Below, one piece after another: positions 25,551 through 40,247 of a stretch of 64,000 bases of DNA (the first letter of the stretch is position 1; the number at the start of each line of letters is the position of its first letter). The translations under genes were made by a program, and so were the position numbers. The notes under the pieces are model-generated. The model was not told the origin of the DNA. It did not search any database and saw only the letters and a program-made list of their open reading frames with translations. Where the stretch lies: assembly GCA_048013815.1 (NCBI GenBank), contig CM106585.1:992001-1056000 (forward strand). The letters run 5' to 3'. Source of the stretch: Setoptus koraiensis (Eukaryota; Animalia; Arthropoda).

Positions 25551-28500
25551 AACATGACGCAACGTGCACAGTGACACTCTATGAATAATCTATCGCGCTC
25601 TCGATTGGTTGCGATGACGCAATGGACCAACAGCACTCCTGTTACAGGAGTGCAGGTGAGGCGCCACAAACAGTTAGATCGTGCGTAGTAATTAATACAA
25701 CAGCAAACATGCCCATTGTGGCTCGGACCTGGCTTGTTGTAGAACGACCTGGCGCCATCTGCCGCCAATTCGCCAATTTACAAGCAAGCAAGCTGTGCAT
25801 CAATTTGATTGTCTGGCGCCAATGGCTATTATGCAAATTGTGTGAGCGTGTGTTTATTGCTTGTAAACAAGCCAGGCCTGTCTCATGTCCACACTGTGAC
25901 CATTCTGTGTCCACTGAACCCAAAACTGGCGAACCCAGACAACAGCCAGTGCTGTAACACTGGTCAGTTGGTATCCAGTTGTCCAGTGGCTGGCTTGAAA
26001 TGGTTGTGATGATGTGGCCCGGTGCGGCGAGTGGATACGCAAGAGATTGATTATTTGAACGACGGCTAGCGGATGAGCATAACAGCAGCAACGATGACCA
26101 ATTGGCGGCAACAGTCAGTGATTCGGATGGCGAATAGCCATTCGAGGCCAGCAAATAGCATTACAGTGAATCGGCACTAGAGAGAGACCTGGGACAACGA
26201 CTTGTGTGTGCGAGATGGTGATGATTTTGAGTGGGCTACAGTCACCACATGGACACACACAGTATGAAAATAAGAAGAACAAGAAGTAGTTCAACTTGAG
26301 AATAGCAGATTACAAATGATAGAAGCACAACAAGAGCACAGGTTTACAGGTGAGCCGAGCGTTGCAACGCCGCGGGTGTCAGATGGAGGCGCCGTGTTAA
26401 CTGTTGCTATTGGCTTGTTATTGCCATGTTATTGCTCATGTTTGCAAGCAACGACGACCACTGGCTCATAGCAAAAACGGCCAACATGTATCACACAGGT
26501 AACATAACACAGACGATGATGAGGTGAGGAAGAGCAGATTGATTAATCAAGTTGATGGTCGTCACTGTTGGCCACTGGAGAGCAACGCTGGCCGTCAACT
26601 AATTTTATCATTCCACTAACAAGTAACAGACACTTGTTAGTTGCTTGCTGATGTATTGCTGCACCAACAGCAGCAGCAGCAACCACAACAGCCACCACAA
26701 CAACAACCACAACGGCAACCACAAACTTGCCCGGCACAGCAATGCAATGTGCCGGCCAAGCAACATTAATAAAGAGTCAAAATTAAAATTATTGCTATAG
26801 ATTAGCATGAGACACGACACGAGCTGCAATATTGTTGTTGTTGTTGTTTCTGGTGAGAAAGTTTCCGTACTGCCGTGGCCACAATTAGCGATGACCAGCG
26901 GTCAAGTTGCTATCCGAGCATCACGGCACATGTGCACATGAGAATGTGTAAGCGTTTAGTTGACGACGGTCAGTGAGCCACGAGCAAGAGAAGTTTAATC
27001 AAAACAACAACAACAACAGCACAGCCAGAAGAAAGCCGAAAGAATGGTCTGGTGCAGCCAAACATCAACGACAAGAGCCAGAGATTGTTTGTTCATTTAA
27101 ACACACACCAAACATTGTGCTACAATGTATCTGTTGTTGCTCACTCACTCTGCTGGCTGCTCACTGAAAAAGAATTCGGCAACTTTCAACAAGCAAAAGT
27201 CAATTGATCATCATCATTTGAATAATCACAGTTGGGGTTCGCAATGCGCTCTTATCTGGCACATCACTCGTTGTTGTTGCTGTTGTTGTTGTTTTAGGTT
27301 ATTGTTCTTGCTGAACGGTCTGTCTGTTTCAAATCACCACCATTCGCCGACGAACTACAGTTGTGATTAACTGGCATCAGTGTGCGTGTACAATGATGTG
27401 GCCAGTCAATAAACAAAGAGTCAGTAAATCTAAATGTCTGACCTGACGATGAGATAAATCGATCACACTTGCCGAATGTGGAACCAGACTCTGATTACCA
27501 GAGGCTCGACATGATCAACATGGTGATGCTCGCCAAATTGGCGCGCTTTCCGATTTCGCTTTGAATTTGGCGCCTACAAGCAGACAATGGAGTTCGATAG
27601 TTGTCGTTTGGGCCGGCCGTTCGTTGCTGGCCTCGCTGATGAGCGGGACCGCGTGACGCCCAACAAAGTAAAAAGAATAAAAAACGTGCCCCTAATGAAT
27701 AATGGCTCCGTCGAGAAGCCATCATATATTTGCAATCAATTCGTTTAGATCTAGTCAAACTGAAAATTGTGTGGAAATAATAATTCGCGGCGGCAAAAAG
27801 AATGCAATAACAATTACGCAGATGATAATAATAATGGTGATACAGTCAGAGAAATGAAAGAACCGCGGTAAACCTATAATAATGATAGTAGTGATCGAGA
27901 CACTATCTGATGTGGACATGACGGACAAGCAAGGACACACTGGCCCTACAGCTGATTATATAGATGGCAGTCGGATGAAATGAAATGAATGGACAAACAC
28001 AATACAGTATAGTAACAACAGCAAAGAGAATTGCCGTCCACCTGTCTCACTACTTGTTGATACATCATCACATGTTGGTGGTGTCGAAATATATGGTTGT
28101 TGTCTCAAGAGCAAGTTAGAGAGTTCAAAAGATGCCAAGGCCAGCGGTCTGTCGGTTTGGAGCCGTCCGTTTCTCAGTTGCAGCCCATATCGGCACGGCA
28201 CCACAATAATGCGCATATGCACTAACTGGCATGCATGGGCGGCATAATAGGTGTTTCCATTGACGGAGCCGCCGAAGCCAACAGTGAATAAATAAACTTA
28301 CCCAAGATACACTTATTGTAACCATTGTGACCAAAGCACCGACGACAACAACAACAACGCCAACTGCAACAGCAACCACTGCAACAACAAACCAACCAAC
28401 CGCAAATTATCTCCCTTTCTTGTGGTGGTTGTTTGTTTCAAAATCACCAGGCTACAGCGAACGTCGGCATCAGCTGATGAGGGCCATTATTAGGATTCTC

Positions 28501-28979
28501 TCTTTCTCTCTTCTTTTGTTTCCTTTTGTCGTAAAGCCGACATGTGGCTCCGATGATGGCCAATGGCGCACTAATGGCACTATATGCCTTTAAATAAGCT
28601 TCAACTAGGCGCAAAAGAGAAAGCAAAGAGAGAAAAGATCTCAGCCATGATAATTTTCAACAAAAAGTGAACAAACAAACGAATGAACAAACAAACAAAC
28701 AGTCAGACAATTATAATTAGGCTTATGATGAGGCTCACAATATAATGATCGGCAGCAGATCTCAAGCGGCTGTAACGTCGCAACTGTATAGCAGCACCAA
28801 CCAGGCAAACTAAATATAGTAATAATCTTTGCAAACTCAGCGACAATCTCTCTCCAATCCGTGATTTAAACAATCTTTACAAACTGGCTCTTACACTTGA
28901 ACACGGTGCTGTGATAGATGAATAGGAGAGATATGGCAAAAAGTCAACAACATGTGTACTGGTATTATTGTATGCACAA

Positions 28980-29040
28980 CAATATCTACGACGATATACA
29001 ATATCTACAGCGATATACAATATCTACAACGATATACAAT
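28980..29040. repeat. 19-bp minisatellite (CAATATCTACRRCGATATA)x3
   Basis: Direct reading. Confidence 0.9.
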
Positions 29041-30161
29041 GTCTAATGATGATGATGGGCGACACAAAGGAGCCTAACAAGTAAGTGAGGCTGAAAGATA
29101 TAAACTACCAGTGCACGATGTGGCACTTGTGTCTTTTTGTGACCGCTTTTAGCGGGCAGATATATGGTTTGAAAGATGTCACACTTACGTGTCACAAGTG
29201 GAAAATCATCTCATTGTCTCTCGATCTGATTGTCATCTCTATTGTGTCATCTTACTTTCTGGCACAGTTTCCACTACCAGCGAGGCCAATACTGCCAATT
29301 ACTGACGGAATACAATCAGTTTGTACACATTGAAAGTGTGTTTGCAGTGACAGTGAACAGTACTGTAGAGAGAGAGATAACATCGATTTGGAGCATCCAT
29401 CAACAGGTCGACAGTTGTATCCGTTTTGTGAAGCGGCTCTTATAGATGCCACTCCACCTGTGCAACTTATTATTAAGCTGCTCTTTTGCTCCTCTGCCTC
29501 TCTTTGTCTCTGTGCGATTGTGTATTATGTGCAATAGTCTGTTTGAGATGGAACTCTGCAACGGAGGCACCAAAATGACGCTATCCGCGTATATTCGCAA
29601 AAATGCGAACCAGGAAATCGGGAAGCACACATAGTACGCCCTGCCGGAGTCCTCTGAGAGTTATGCTATCTGTGAGATGCATCTCTGCTGAGCCCCTGGG
29701 CATTCCTGTGTCGGATTTTAAACAAATTGACCACTGATTGAATATACAATTGGCAAACCATACATAGGCACAATTATATAAGTATATGATGTGCACGATA
29801 GAGACATGTAAGCGTCCGAATGCTGGTGTGTGCAAGCGGACTTTGATAATGATGCCCATGAAGCATATCATTGACATATCTATCTGAGTGTTTGTGTGAG
29901 AGATGATCACTGAATCGTGATCACGGACATGGTTGTGTGTCTGATTTCATGCCACGCTACAATGGTCAGCAGAACAATCAGTGGGCTGATGATGCGGCCC
30001 ATGCATCAATGACATCTCATCTTGTCTAATTTGCGATATTCATTGTATGACGAATAAACACGACATAGATGGTATGATGCCCGCACCAATACCGATGAGA
30101 CTTTGCATATCACAGTGGCGTCACTCGAGAAAACCAACAGTGCATTAGAGTGACACTATGG

Positions 30162-30195
<34 letters not shown>

Positions 30196-32649
30196 TACGT
30201 AATTACGTATAAGAAGAATATTTAGGTGACTTAGTGTGTATGTATAATATTTTGGCCCCCATCATCCCATCCATCCCATACACTGTAGAGGGCATGGCAT
30301 ATCCGCGCGATTATATACGGACACTTGAGAGGGCTTAGAGCACTTCAAATATTTGCCTACTTTCGTCTGATCAATATCATCATTGTATTAGAGAGCAGAC
30401 ACACACATACGCAGCAATATGGACCAACACAGATACGGCCGGCTGAGATTGTTATCAGAGAGGAAAAAGAGACGCAAATCCTAACGCTGGTCGCAATAGT
30501 CTCCGAATGGCTCTCAACAGACAGCTCACTGTTGGTGCCCCCAATTTGTGTGCGATGCACTGTGTCTGGGCTTGGGCCAAATTTCATCAATTCATTGGGC
30601 AACGCAATAGGACCAGAGAGGTGGCCGTTGCCTGAGGCCCCAACTGGAGTACTGTTTGTTTATCCATTGTTTAGTGGCATCATCTCATCTGACAATTCTG
30701 TGTGTGTGTGTGTGTGTGTGATTGGCCAGCCGACCAACGAGGTGCGCGGCATATCACCCAATTTCGTTGTGCCAGCTTTATTATCTACCTAAGATGGCAC
30801 GCACACGCACACAAACACAAATAATGATAATATGAGAGACTATTTTAGCATCATCACCACCGATGCCAACAGCGACCTTATATTGGATGCAAATCACATT
30901 TGCATATACAGGCGGCTTATTTGTCAAACACCAAACCAGCCCCAACGTAATATGAGTCTGTTGATGATTGTCAAAAAGAGTACTGTTTGCACCCAAGCTC
31001 CAAATAATTCTGACCAGTTCTAACTGAGTGTGTTTGTATAGATACCAACATAATTGAGGCAAGCCCTGCACTAGAGCTTGCGATCAGCAACTCAGTGTCC
31101 AGCGAGCGCTCATTTGAGTCGATGTGTTCGAGCCGGCGCTCACTAGTGTCATACAATTGGCCTATTACACTGAACTGACATTGTAACTGTACTATATAGC
31201 AAACTATTTAAATGATTTAACATTTTAATGAAATCCTGTCTAGAGTTTGCATAAGAAGCAAGTTACCAACATCTGGTATCAATCTCTCTGGTGAGCTAGT
31301 TATTATTTTCATCATAACAAGTGTAAGTGTCAGTAGCAAGTTGTGGCGAAAGGATCCCATTAGTGGTACTAGTGGCAATTATTTATATCATTACATAACA
31401 GCCCGTATCAAAGATTGAAATAATGGCAGCGAGGAGAGAAATAAAAAATGAGTTTAGTTGGGTTAAATGATAAAGCTTTTTAAGTGGCACTTCCCACTTG
31501 CAAGCCCATTTAAAACATGTGTGTCTGTGTTGTTGTGTGATGGACAAAACAATGCACGCACGACACAAGTTTGTGAGTGCGACGACATTGATGATCGAAA
31601 TAGATCATTCTGTAATGAAGATGATATTGCGTAACCGTAGCCCAAATTGACGAACTAAACTGGCGTCATTGCGTCATGAGTTGTGTTTATACATTTTATG
31701 TGTGATTGGAAGTTGCAAGCTGCAAGTTGTGCAAGTTGAAAGAGGTCGCAAATAGTGAACGAGCGACCATTGTAGCACAAATTGACGAGTACGCTAGACG
31801 GCACTAACAGCAAATAGATGATAGATTTTCAGTTGTCGGCACACAATGGGCACACGACCAAACCGGCAACGGCTACGGGCCAAATAGAATAGACAAAACC
31901 GAGAGAGAGAGAAACATCATATTATCAGCTGGGCCAGAGATTATTGCATGGTAGAGGCAAATAGTGGCCAATAGGGATGTTACATATAAATAGAAACAAA
32001 GATGAAAGTAGCAATAGTGTGGGTGCTCTCGTGGAAGAAGATTGAGAGTTCACAAGTAGGGTGAAAAGGTTCTCTGCGTGCCGAGTCTGAAATTGTTCCG
32101 TCAGGCGTGACTCATGATGATACTAACAACTACCTAACAACTACCGTCGTCGTCACAACAACTAGCAGCAACAACAACCAACGACAGCAGCAACAGCAAC
32201 GACGACCACGACGACAACATGAGCGACGACCATTGTGAGAGGTGCTACACATTCGATAGATACGATAGATTCCATGGTTCGACGTTCTCTCCTTGAAGGT
32301 CTGCTTAATGTGATTGCATAATAATTCTAATTTAATTTTCTCCTTCTTTCTCTCTTGCTTTTTATTATCATTGCTCTTGTAAACATTCTCTCTCTCTCAA
32401 ATTATCTCTTGTATGCACGGTCAGTTGTAGTCATACACACGCTACCTATAAACTGTACAGTTGATAGATACATGAGTATGTTGCATGAGCAGATATGGTT
32501 ATGTAGCCTCCATCCATCTCAAATTGGCGAGTGTTGGTAGAGTAATAACGATGACGTAACACATCATAATCATCATCATCATTATTATCGACATTATCGT
32601 GGACAGAATCAGCAGAATAAGCAACGCATTGGCAACATTGAATAGAGCG

Positions 32650-32726
32650 CGACCCACGAGCGACCCACGAGCGACCCACGAGCGACCCACGAGCGACCCA
32701 CGAGCGACCCACGAGCGACCCATGAG
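32650..32726. repeat. 11-bp minisatellite (CGACCCACGAG)x7
   Basis: Direct reading; last unit has one substitution. Confidence 0.95.
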
Positions 32727-33074
32727 CGCCTATAGCCAATTGAGCTGGATGCTGCCGGTTCGCATTGGCAGCCTCGAAGTGAGGCGGCCCTGGCTTCGCA
32801 ACAAAATCGCAGCCACTGGTTAGAATGAGATAAGTAAATCGCAGCAGTCGCCCACACACACACAGCACCCAAAAACAACTCAATCATTGCTAGGCTCACA
32901 ATGTTTGATATTTACCAATGCTACCATCATCATATTCGTCGGGGCCAAATTCGCCAGTTTGAGCAGTTGAAGCAACTCAAGTTTATGCTCAACTGACCCG
33001 AACTGATGCCAGCCAGTGCTGATATCGACATTCGTAATCACACACACGCATCCCATTCGAACGAGCCCCCCCCC

Positions 33075-33075
<1 letters not shown>

Positions 33076-33121
<46 letters not shown>
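33076..33121. repeat. (AC)n microsatellite
   Basis: Direct reading. Confidence 0.95.
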
Positions 33122-33123
<2 letters not shown>

Positions 33124-36100
33124 ACACTGACACACACGAACACTGACACACACGAACACACAAATAGAACGCGATGAGATGGGACCCACAAAATTAGATT
33201 CGCTGGCTGGCGGGTGTTGTTCGAGTTGCAGCATGGAAAAATAGGCAGAAACAGAAACTATTCCATGTGTGTGTGTGTGTGATAAATCCAATCAAAGTGG
33301 AACCACTTGTTTAGTTTCATGCTCGTGTGTGTGTTATGACGAAACAACAGCATTGCAAATTAGTCACGGTCCCCTTTGCAAACTGGCCTCAGTTACTGCT
33401 CACTGGCTCGTAGTTTTGGCGCGTTATCTTGCTGTTACTTGCTGTATATTAGTGGTAGCAAGCACGCTTAAGTTGGGCATAATCTTTCTCTTTTCGTCAT
33501 CGATAAGAGAGAAATTGCATACATCTCTGGTGTGTCACTCTTGCCAATGCGATGTATGAAAGGGCCCAAACAAACTCAAGCCAGCTGATTAAACTAGATG
33601 ATCGCATCAGTCAGCTAGCCTGCTGACCGGAGACACTATTAGCCAATGTGAGCCAACGCATTTTTAGGTTTAGCGTTAGTCGTCGCCAGGCAACAACAAT
33701 TGGCAACTGTGTGACATGTTAGATATATTATGTAACTACTATTACGTACACGCCAGCTCAGCATACAATGGGGCAGACTTATTTGGCTTTATTTGGTTTG
33801 GCCGGTGTGTCGCTAGCAACGGTAAATGCAATGGCCAGTCTCTAGAAATGGCGCCGTGTGACGCTGAGAAATCTGTTCGGGGATCAGCGTCGCCCGTGTC
33901 GATGGGTATCGGTTATAATTGCCTCTCTTGCTCTGCACATCGACACCAACTAGCAGCAGCAGCAGAAGCGGTTGTAGGTGTTGAAGCAGATTACTATTGC
34001 TCGTGTGTCGTGTTGTTTGTTGAGTGATTGGTGAGTGTGCTCAGATAAATGCTGCCCGTGAGTCACAATTGTCTCTGTCTGACTACGGCCACCACTTAAG
34101 TCACAATTTTACCTTGTGTGTGTTTCTCTAAATCCGTTGTGACAATTTTTACGTTTGTCACAGTTGTGTGTGTGTGTGTTGTGTGAAATGGATAGCAGTG
34201 TGGTGCTGATATTATATTGAAATTGTCGCTCCAACGGAAGTTGCTCATTCTTTTCTGTTATGCAACCGCCGACTGGCAGCCAGCAGCCGTGTGCTAGCAA
34301 GCGTCAGATAACTCTCGTCTGTATCCAATCTAAACTAGATTATCAAGGGAACATGAGACCAGAACAGAGCATGCATTTGGGCAGGCTTATTTGCGCCGCA
34401 CTGCGAACCCATTTGGCGCATTAGTATTAGTAGTAGTAGTGCCAGTGACAATAAAAAGTAATACTAATAATAATAATAATAATTTAGTTTCAGTAATAGT
34501 GTGATAGTAGATAGTGGCCGTAGTTAGTGAGTAGTATGAAAAGTAGTAGTAGCACGTGCAAGCCATTTGTTTGCTTGGTGTGCAGCATCCGTTATATAGC
34601 GGCGCTAGTTAGCGGCCAGTATGTAAATAAGTAAGTGAATAATAACTTTTTGCTCTTGCTTCTTCGTTGTCCACTAATTTGCTCATGTCGCTCACAATTG
34701 CCTGCTCGCAATTGTCAGCGTGCCTTATGTAATGCCAATTGTGCCAGTTGCTGCAAGTTGCAATACAAAATAAGCTGCACAGATAAATCTCAGCCCAAAT
34801 TAATTGCTTGTGCGAGGGCGTGCGCTTGCCTGCGCCCATTGCGCAACAATAAATAATGACAGATTGGCAACACTAAAATCTAATTACCTGAGATGAGTAT
34901 GACACTGTGCATAATACTTGCGTTTGCATCGCGCTTGCATTGTATTTCAATGGTCGGCGATAGAGTGGCATTTGGATTCATTTGGATGGTGGCCAGTGAT
35001 TGGGCCAGTGACACTCACTAGCTTTGGTTATCTTGCAGCCCTTGGTTAGTCACTAACCGTAAGTGTGTGTGTGTTGTGTTTGGAGCTATCGCTTTCAAAA
35101 TCACATTTTTATGTGCTCTGTCCGCTTTGTTGACATTACCATCAGCAGGTAATATATTTAATTGGGCCTACATTGCATAATGATATGCAGCAGCAGCAGC
35201 AACAACAACAACAACATCGGTGACATGCTGGCGGCTTCTTATGGGGCCCCAATGAGTGGCAATGTTTGCACAATGCACAAACCTCTCAATCAGCAAACTA
35301 AATAGGTTATTTACAAATTGGATTATCAAGCGAAAGCTAGACGAGACTCGACTGGACACAGTTACCAGCTTGTATCTAGCAAAGGGTGAGATTTTGTTTA
35401 TTTGTATTGTGCGATATAGTTTGGTATTGATAGCAAGCTTGTGTTGCTGCTGACGTCTAAATGAGCTTGGCCGGCAATGGTTGTGTCGACAGTAATGTCT
35501 AGATTCAATTAGATCTGTTGTGTCCATCTATCTGTTGTGTATCTAACGCAGGCTGTCGTCTGCCAATGGCCAACAGCAATGTGCCATGTTACTAGATATA
35601 GGCGGACAGTGATGGCAAGCTCGTGAGACGGCAACACGAGACGTGCCACGATTTTGTGTGTGAGTCGATAGTGATTGCTGGGCCCTAATCTAATGCCCCC
35701 TTTCAGACACGCTTACGGTTGACAGAGGTACGAGAAGCGTTACGAGAATAATATCTTGAGCGAACAATTGTTGTTGCAGATAGATGCACAATAGATGGCA
35801 TCTCTCCGCCAGCAATATTTAGCCAGTTATCTGGCTCGTATTGCGAATGGCGAATTGCGAATTGCAAACACAGCAGCTAGCTTGCTGCTGAAAGATATGC
35901 TATATCCATAATATGCTATCATCATATCATCATAGATAGTGTTGGCTAATCGATAGTAACTATCGGATAGTTACGTCATGTCGCGTGCTGTACCGCTGTA
36001 TAGACAGTGTAGTATGCGAGTGCACATTAGAGGCTAACTGTTAGTATTTATCTATCTGGTCGCTAGCTGGCGGTTGTAGCTGTTGTAGTGACAAGGCAAT

Positions 36101-36620
36101 CGATTGGCGACGTTGTGTGGATAAAGTCAAACATGACAAGCCTGAAACAAAACATCGTAATCGTCATGCTGCCGACAAACCCTCACTGGGCCCTGACTGG
36201 AATGACGAACGACGTGACTCAAATAACCTAACCAACTTATAAAACCATCTTGTGCCCCGCTTATCTCGTTGCTTGCCGATATCCGTGTGCTGTCAGCACG
36301 ACACACGGATATCGGCAGCTTTATTATTTGGCCCATTGGCTGTGACGTCACCCAGCAACCGTTATGTCGTTGCTGCCGATGAAAGCGTTATGTCATTTTG
36401 CAGTTGCGTCACTTCACTCATTACAGCTATCGTATCGCTGTGTGTGCCAATATCATTACACTGTCAATACTCGCTAGGTGCGCTACATACATCTGGCAAG
36501 CCAATATTTATAACCTACACACCGTGTGTGTGTGTGTGTGTGTGTGTGTGTAGCCATGGCATAAATCATGCCCATATGACACATAATGAGTGCCGCTGGT
36601 CAGCTGATTCTCACTCGCTA

Positions 36621-36667
36621 ACACAATCACTGACACAATCACTGACACAATCACTGACACAATCACT
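36621..36667. repeat. 12-bp minisatellite (ACACAATCACTG)x4
   Basis: Direct reading. Confidence 0.9.
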
Positions 36668-39600
36668 TGCATTACGTAAGCACACTGACAACAATTGTCA
36701 ACAACAACAATCTCAATTTGACAATCCTCAAATTATAATCAACGCGCCATTGTTGCCTCAATCAACCACTTGCAACTAGCTCACTCATGTAACAACAATA
36801 TTTGTTTCCAGATATTTATTTGTGTCTAGACAAACGTCGTATTTGTATCTATATTTTATACCTTGCAGAGTCATGTGGACACGTATTGTTTGCAAGCTGG
36901 CATTGGCACAAAAGCAATAAATGAAATAAATGAAAAAACCAAAAAAGATTGTGCACTGCTACTGTGATCGGCAACAATGCTGCCATCTGTCGGCAATGCC
37001 CCAACACGAGTGCAATATTGTATTGATAGGCGTACGTGAATATGCGGATTAGGTAAATCGGGTTATTAGCGACGCGCCACTGACCCCAAAGGTGTTGTGC
37101 ACATATGCTATAACGAATAGCTTAATTATAATATAACACTTGTCATCATATGGTTCGTCCAGTTAGCTAACCACTGGCTAGTCAAGCTAGCCAGTCAGCC
37201 AGTCAGCTAGCCAACCAGCCAACCAGCCAGACAGCAACAACAATATGGCCGGCCCGTGCAAACGGGCCAATGCCATTCACTACATATAGCTTGTTTAGCT
37301 TGTTGTTGTTGTTGGTGTTGCTGTTGCATGATACTACTAAACAAACAATAACAACAAACAACAACGCGGGCACACACAACTGATGAGAGTGGAATGGTCA
37401 TCAAAAATGGATAAATGGGATGAATGTAAATCACGCAAGCCGACTTGGCAAGACTGTTGTGCGCGTCTGCATTGTCAATTACTGTTGGCCGCTTGGTGCC
37501 AATGACACGCAGTCTGGACTCATGCGAGTGAGCCGCTCACAAATATGTTGTTGCTGCTGCTGCTGGCCAAAAGCTAATGAATTGTGGTAGCAAAAAGTAG
37601 TTCACGCATAGTCGTCTGAATCAATTTGATTATTCTAGCTACAACGGCAACGGCAACAGCACCAGCGACACCAGTAACAACAGCGCCCACAGCAGCATTG
37701 TACGCACGGCTCACGTGTAATATTGGTTTGGTATATATAGGGGCCTTAATGATCCATTGAGAGTTTGGCGAATGGCCGTTACACACAACGGTGTGTTGCA
37801 AGTTGCAACGGTCTAACGGTGTATTTAACTATGGTCACTCACTCACTGGCTGGCCATGCAGCAATTGAATCATTTAGCGCCTGGCAATTACATGGGCACT
37901 ATCTGCAAGTGAGCAACTATCTCGATGGCAAACAATCATTAATTTCCATTCAGGCCAGTCTCTTATCGACACACAAACAGCTCTGACCATAACGCACACC
38001 ATGGCGAACACCATTGACGCTGACCATAGAGCACAACACACACACACAGTTGGGCAACGACAAAACATGGCCGGGCCCCCTTTCCCCCGGCAATCATTGG
38101 TAGCTTATTTGCACGTGGTTGCACGTATAGTTGGCACGTCGCAACAGCGCTGGTTATTTGTGTGCCGCTCACTGGCTGTAGGCGGCACCACACGCACACA
38201 TGCACGAGCAAACGAACAAACCATGTTCACCTGTCTGATCATTATCGATTGCAAGCTTGATTATATGGCCCGGAGGGGACCCATCTGGTTGCGCGTTGCC
38301 AGCTTGCCATTGGCTTGCGATGAGCGCATAGCGCCCGACAATCAATTAGAAGAGCTCTTGCCCACGGGCCAACAACAGCCGCAACAACAACAACAGCAAC
38401 AACAGCAACAACAGCAACAACAGCAACAACCACAGCAACGCCAAAAGCAACGACAACAATGGCTGCTGTTGGGAGGTCTCACATAATTTCTGACACACTT
38501 TCCGACAGTTTGAAACCAGTGGCAAAAAAGTGTGTGTAAGCGACGACGAGCTTCATTAGCGGCCAGCGCGGTGGCGCATTCGCCCAAGCGCAATCAGCAT
38601 GGCGCCCCAAACGTCACCAGTTGGCCCAGGGTCATGCAACTTGCATTACGTAATACATTGCTTGTTTCTAGGTCCGTCCGTCCGTCTGTCTGTCTGTGTG
38701 GTGCTGTCAGCGTTGTAACGCTCAACAGAGACGCTAGTTGTGCGGGCTATCAACAATCGCTTCATTAGTGGCCTCTGTTGCTCACTTGGCTGCTAATTAG
38801 TAGCTTCGTTAGAGCCACCGATGTTTGGTGGGCGCAATTATTCATCACTGACACACACACACACACACAATGGATAGCTTAATTGATGGTTGTCGAGTTC
38901 AACTCAACTCACAACTCATAAATCGTCTATCATTTCTTTATATGTCCTCTTTGTCGTGTAGTGATGTTACGTCAGCAAAAGCATCGCATTTCCGTTGCGT
39001 AATAGTTGTTATTCTCTAACAAACGTTGCGCAACAGAAAAGATGCTTGCTTGTGATCGAGTGTCTGTTTAACAAGTGACCAAAATGATTTAGAGCGGCAC
39101 TCCAATTGTACCTTTTTTAGCGCGCCATTTCTTAATGAATTCACGCTCCTGTGAAAATGCATCATTTATTCTTAACAAATTTGCACTCTTTTTCTGTTAG
39201 TGGTCAGTTCAGTTCAGTTCGTCTAAGTTTTAGTTTTTAGTTTTATTAAATCACTGCACAGACGCCCAGCAAAAGATGAAAAATTTAAATAGTGCGACCA
39301 TGTTAATTAACTTAATTGATAGTCAGTGCGCGTAGTGAAAAATCTTTAAGCGCTCATCACGCCATCTGGCGGCCAAGCTAGAAGATGCCGCCGTTATTTG
39401 ACTAATCAATTATTGTTGATTGAATTTCGCCATTTCGCCATTTCGCCAACACATTTCCGGCTACCTTGTGATGTCCACATACTGTCTGTCAAGTTAACAA
39501 TTGTATTCTTATTATGGCTACCTGTCCAGTGGCTGCTTTTCACCGGTCTCCACATCAATAGATGTGATGAAAATCAATCAGGTGTGCCCGTGGGCAATGT

Positions 39601-40192
39601 CACGAAAATCAATATATGTGGACAAGCGATGAATTGTGAATAAGAGAGTGAAATACGACGACATATATTGGCTGCCACCAATATTATAGTGAACACGAAG
39701 ATATGGCCAGGTGAAGCCCACAATATCGGCCCAGCTTGGACAGCTGATTAACTACTTACTATTGACAGCTTGTGAGTTGGTCAACATCATCAACAAAGAA
39801 GCAAGCGATGCATTGGGCGAGATTGTTTGGCGACTTTGGCGTCAAAAGCAGCAAGTGTTAGTGTTGTTTGTGTTGCTTGCAGGCGTAGTGTGTGGACTCA
39901 TTATCGCCAAGTTATCTTACATAATATGTTAACTTGATATGTTCTGGCTAAGATGATTACATTGTGTGTTCTCTTTGTCAACATGTCTCGTTCAATGGAA
40001 CGGACCGTTGCGCGTGTTTGTTTGTTCGCAAACAAACGAGGCCCCCATGTAACGCTTGGCTTAAATAGCTTTGTGCCCTAATCATGGTTAGACAAACAAA
40101 TATCAAAACAAATAGGCTTAGTTGCAGTGCAGCGTCTACTGCAACCGTGTGCTAATACCAGCCAATATATCACTACTTGCACGCTCGTGCTT

Positions 40193-40247
40193 GTTGATGG
40201 AAGGTTGATGGAAGGTTGATGGAAGGTTGATGGAAGGTTGATGGAAG
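40193..40247. repeat. 11-bp minisatellite (GTTGATGGAAG)x5
   Basis: Direct reading. Confidence 0.95.

Noticed and set aside
30325-30792. 155-aa ORF
   Set aside because: Starts at TTG, runs through (CA)n and (GT)n microsatellites, and has no homology cues.
35021-35040. miR-9-like CTTTGGTTATCT
   Set aside because: No miR-79-like 3' arm; it reads better as a polypyrimidine tract before an AG.
38001-38486. 161-aa poly-Gln ORF
   Set aside because: Its length is explained by a CAA/CAG tract; no recognisable domain or convincing exon chain.
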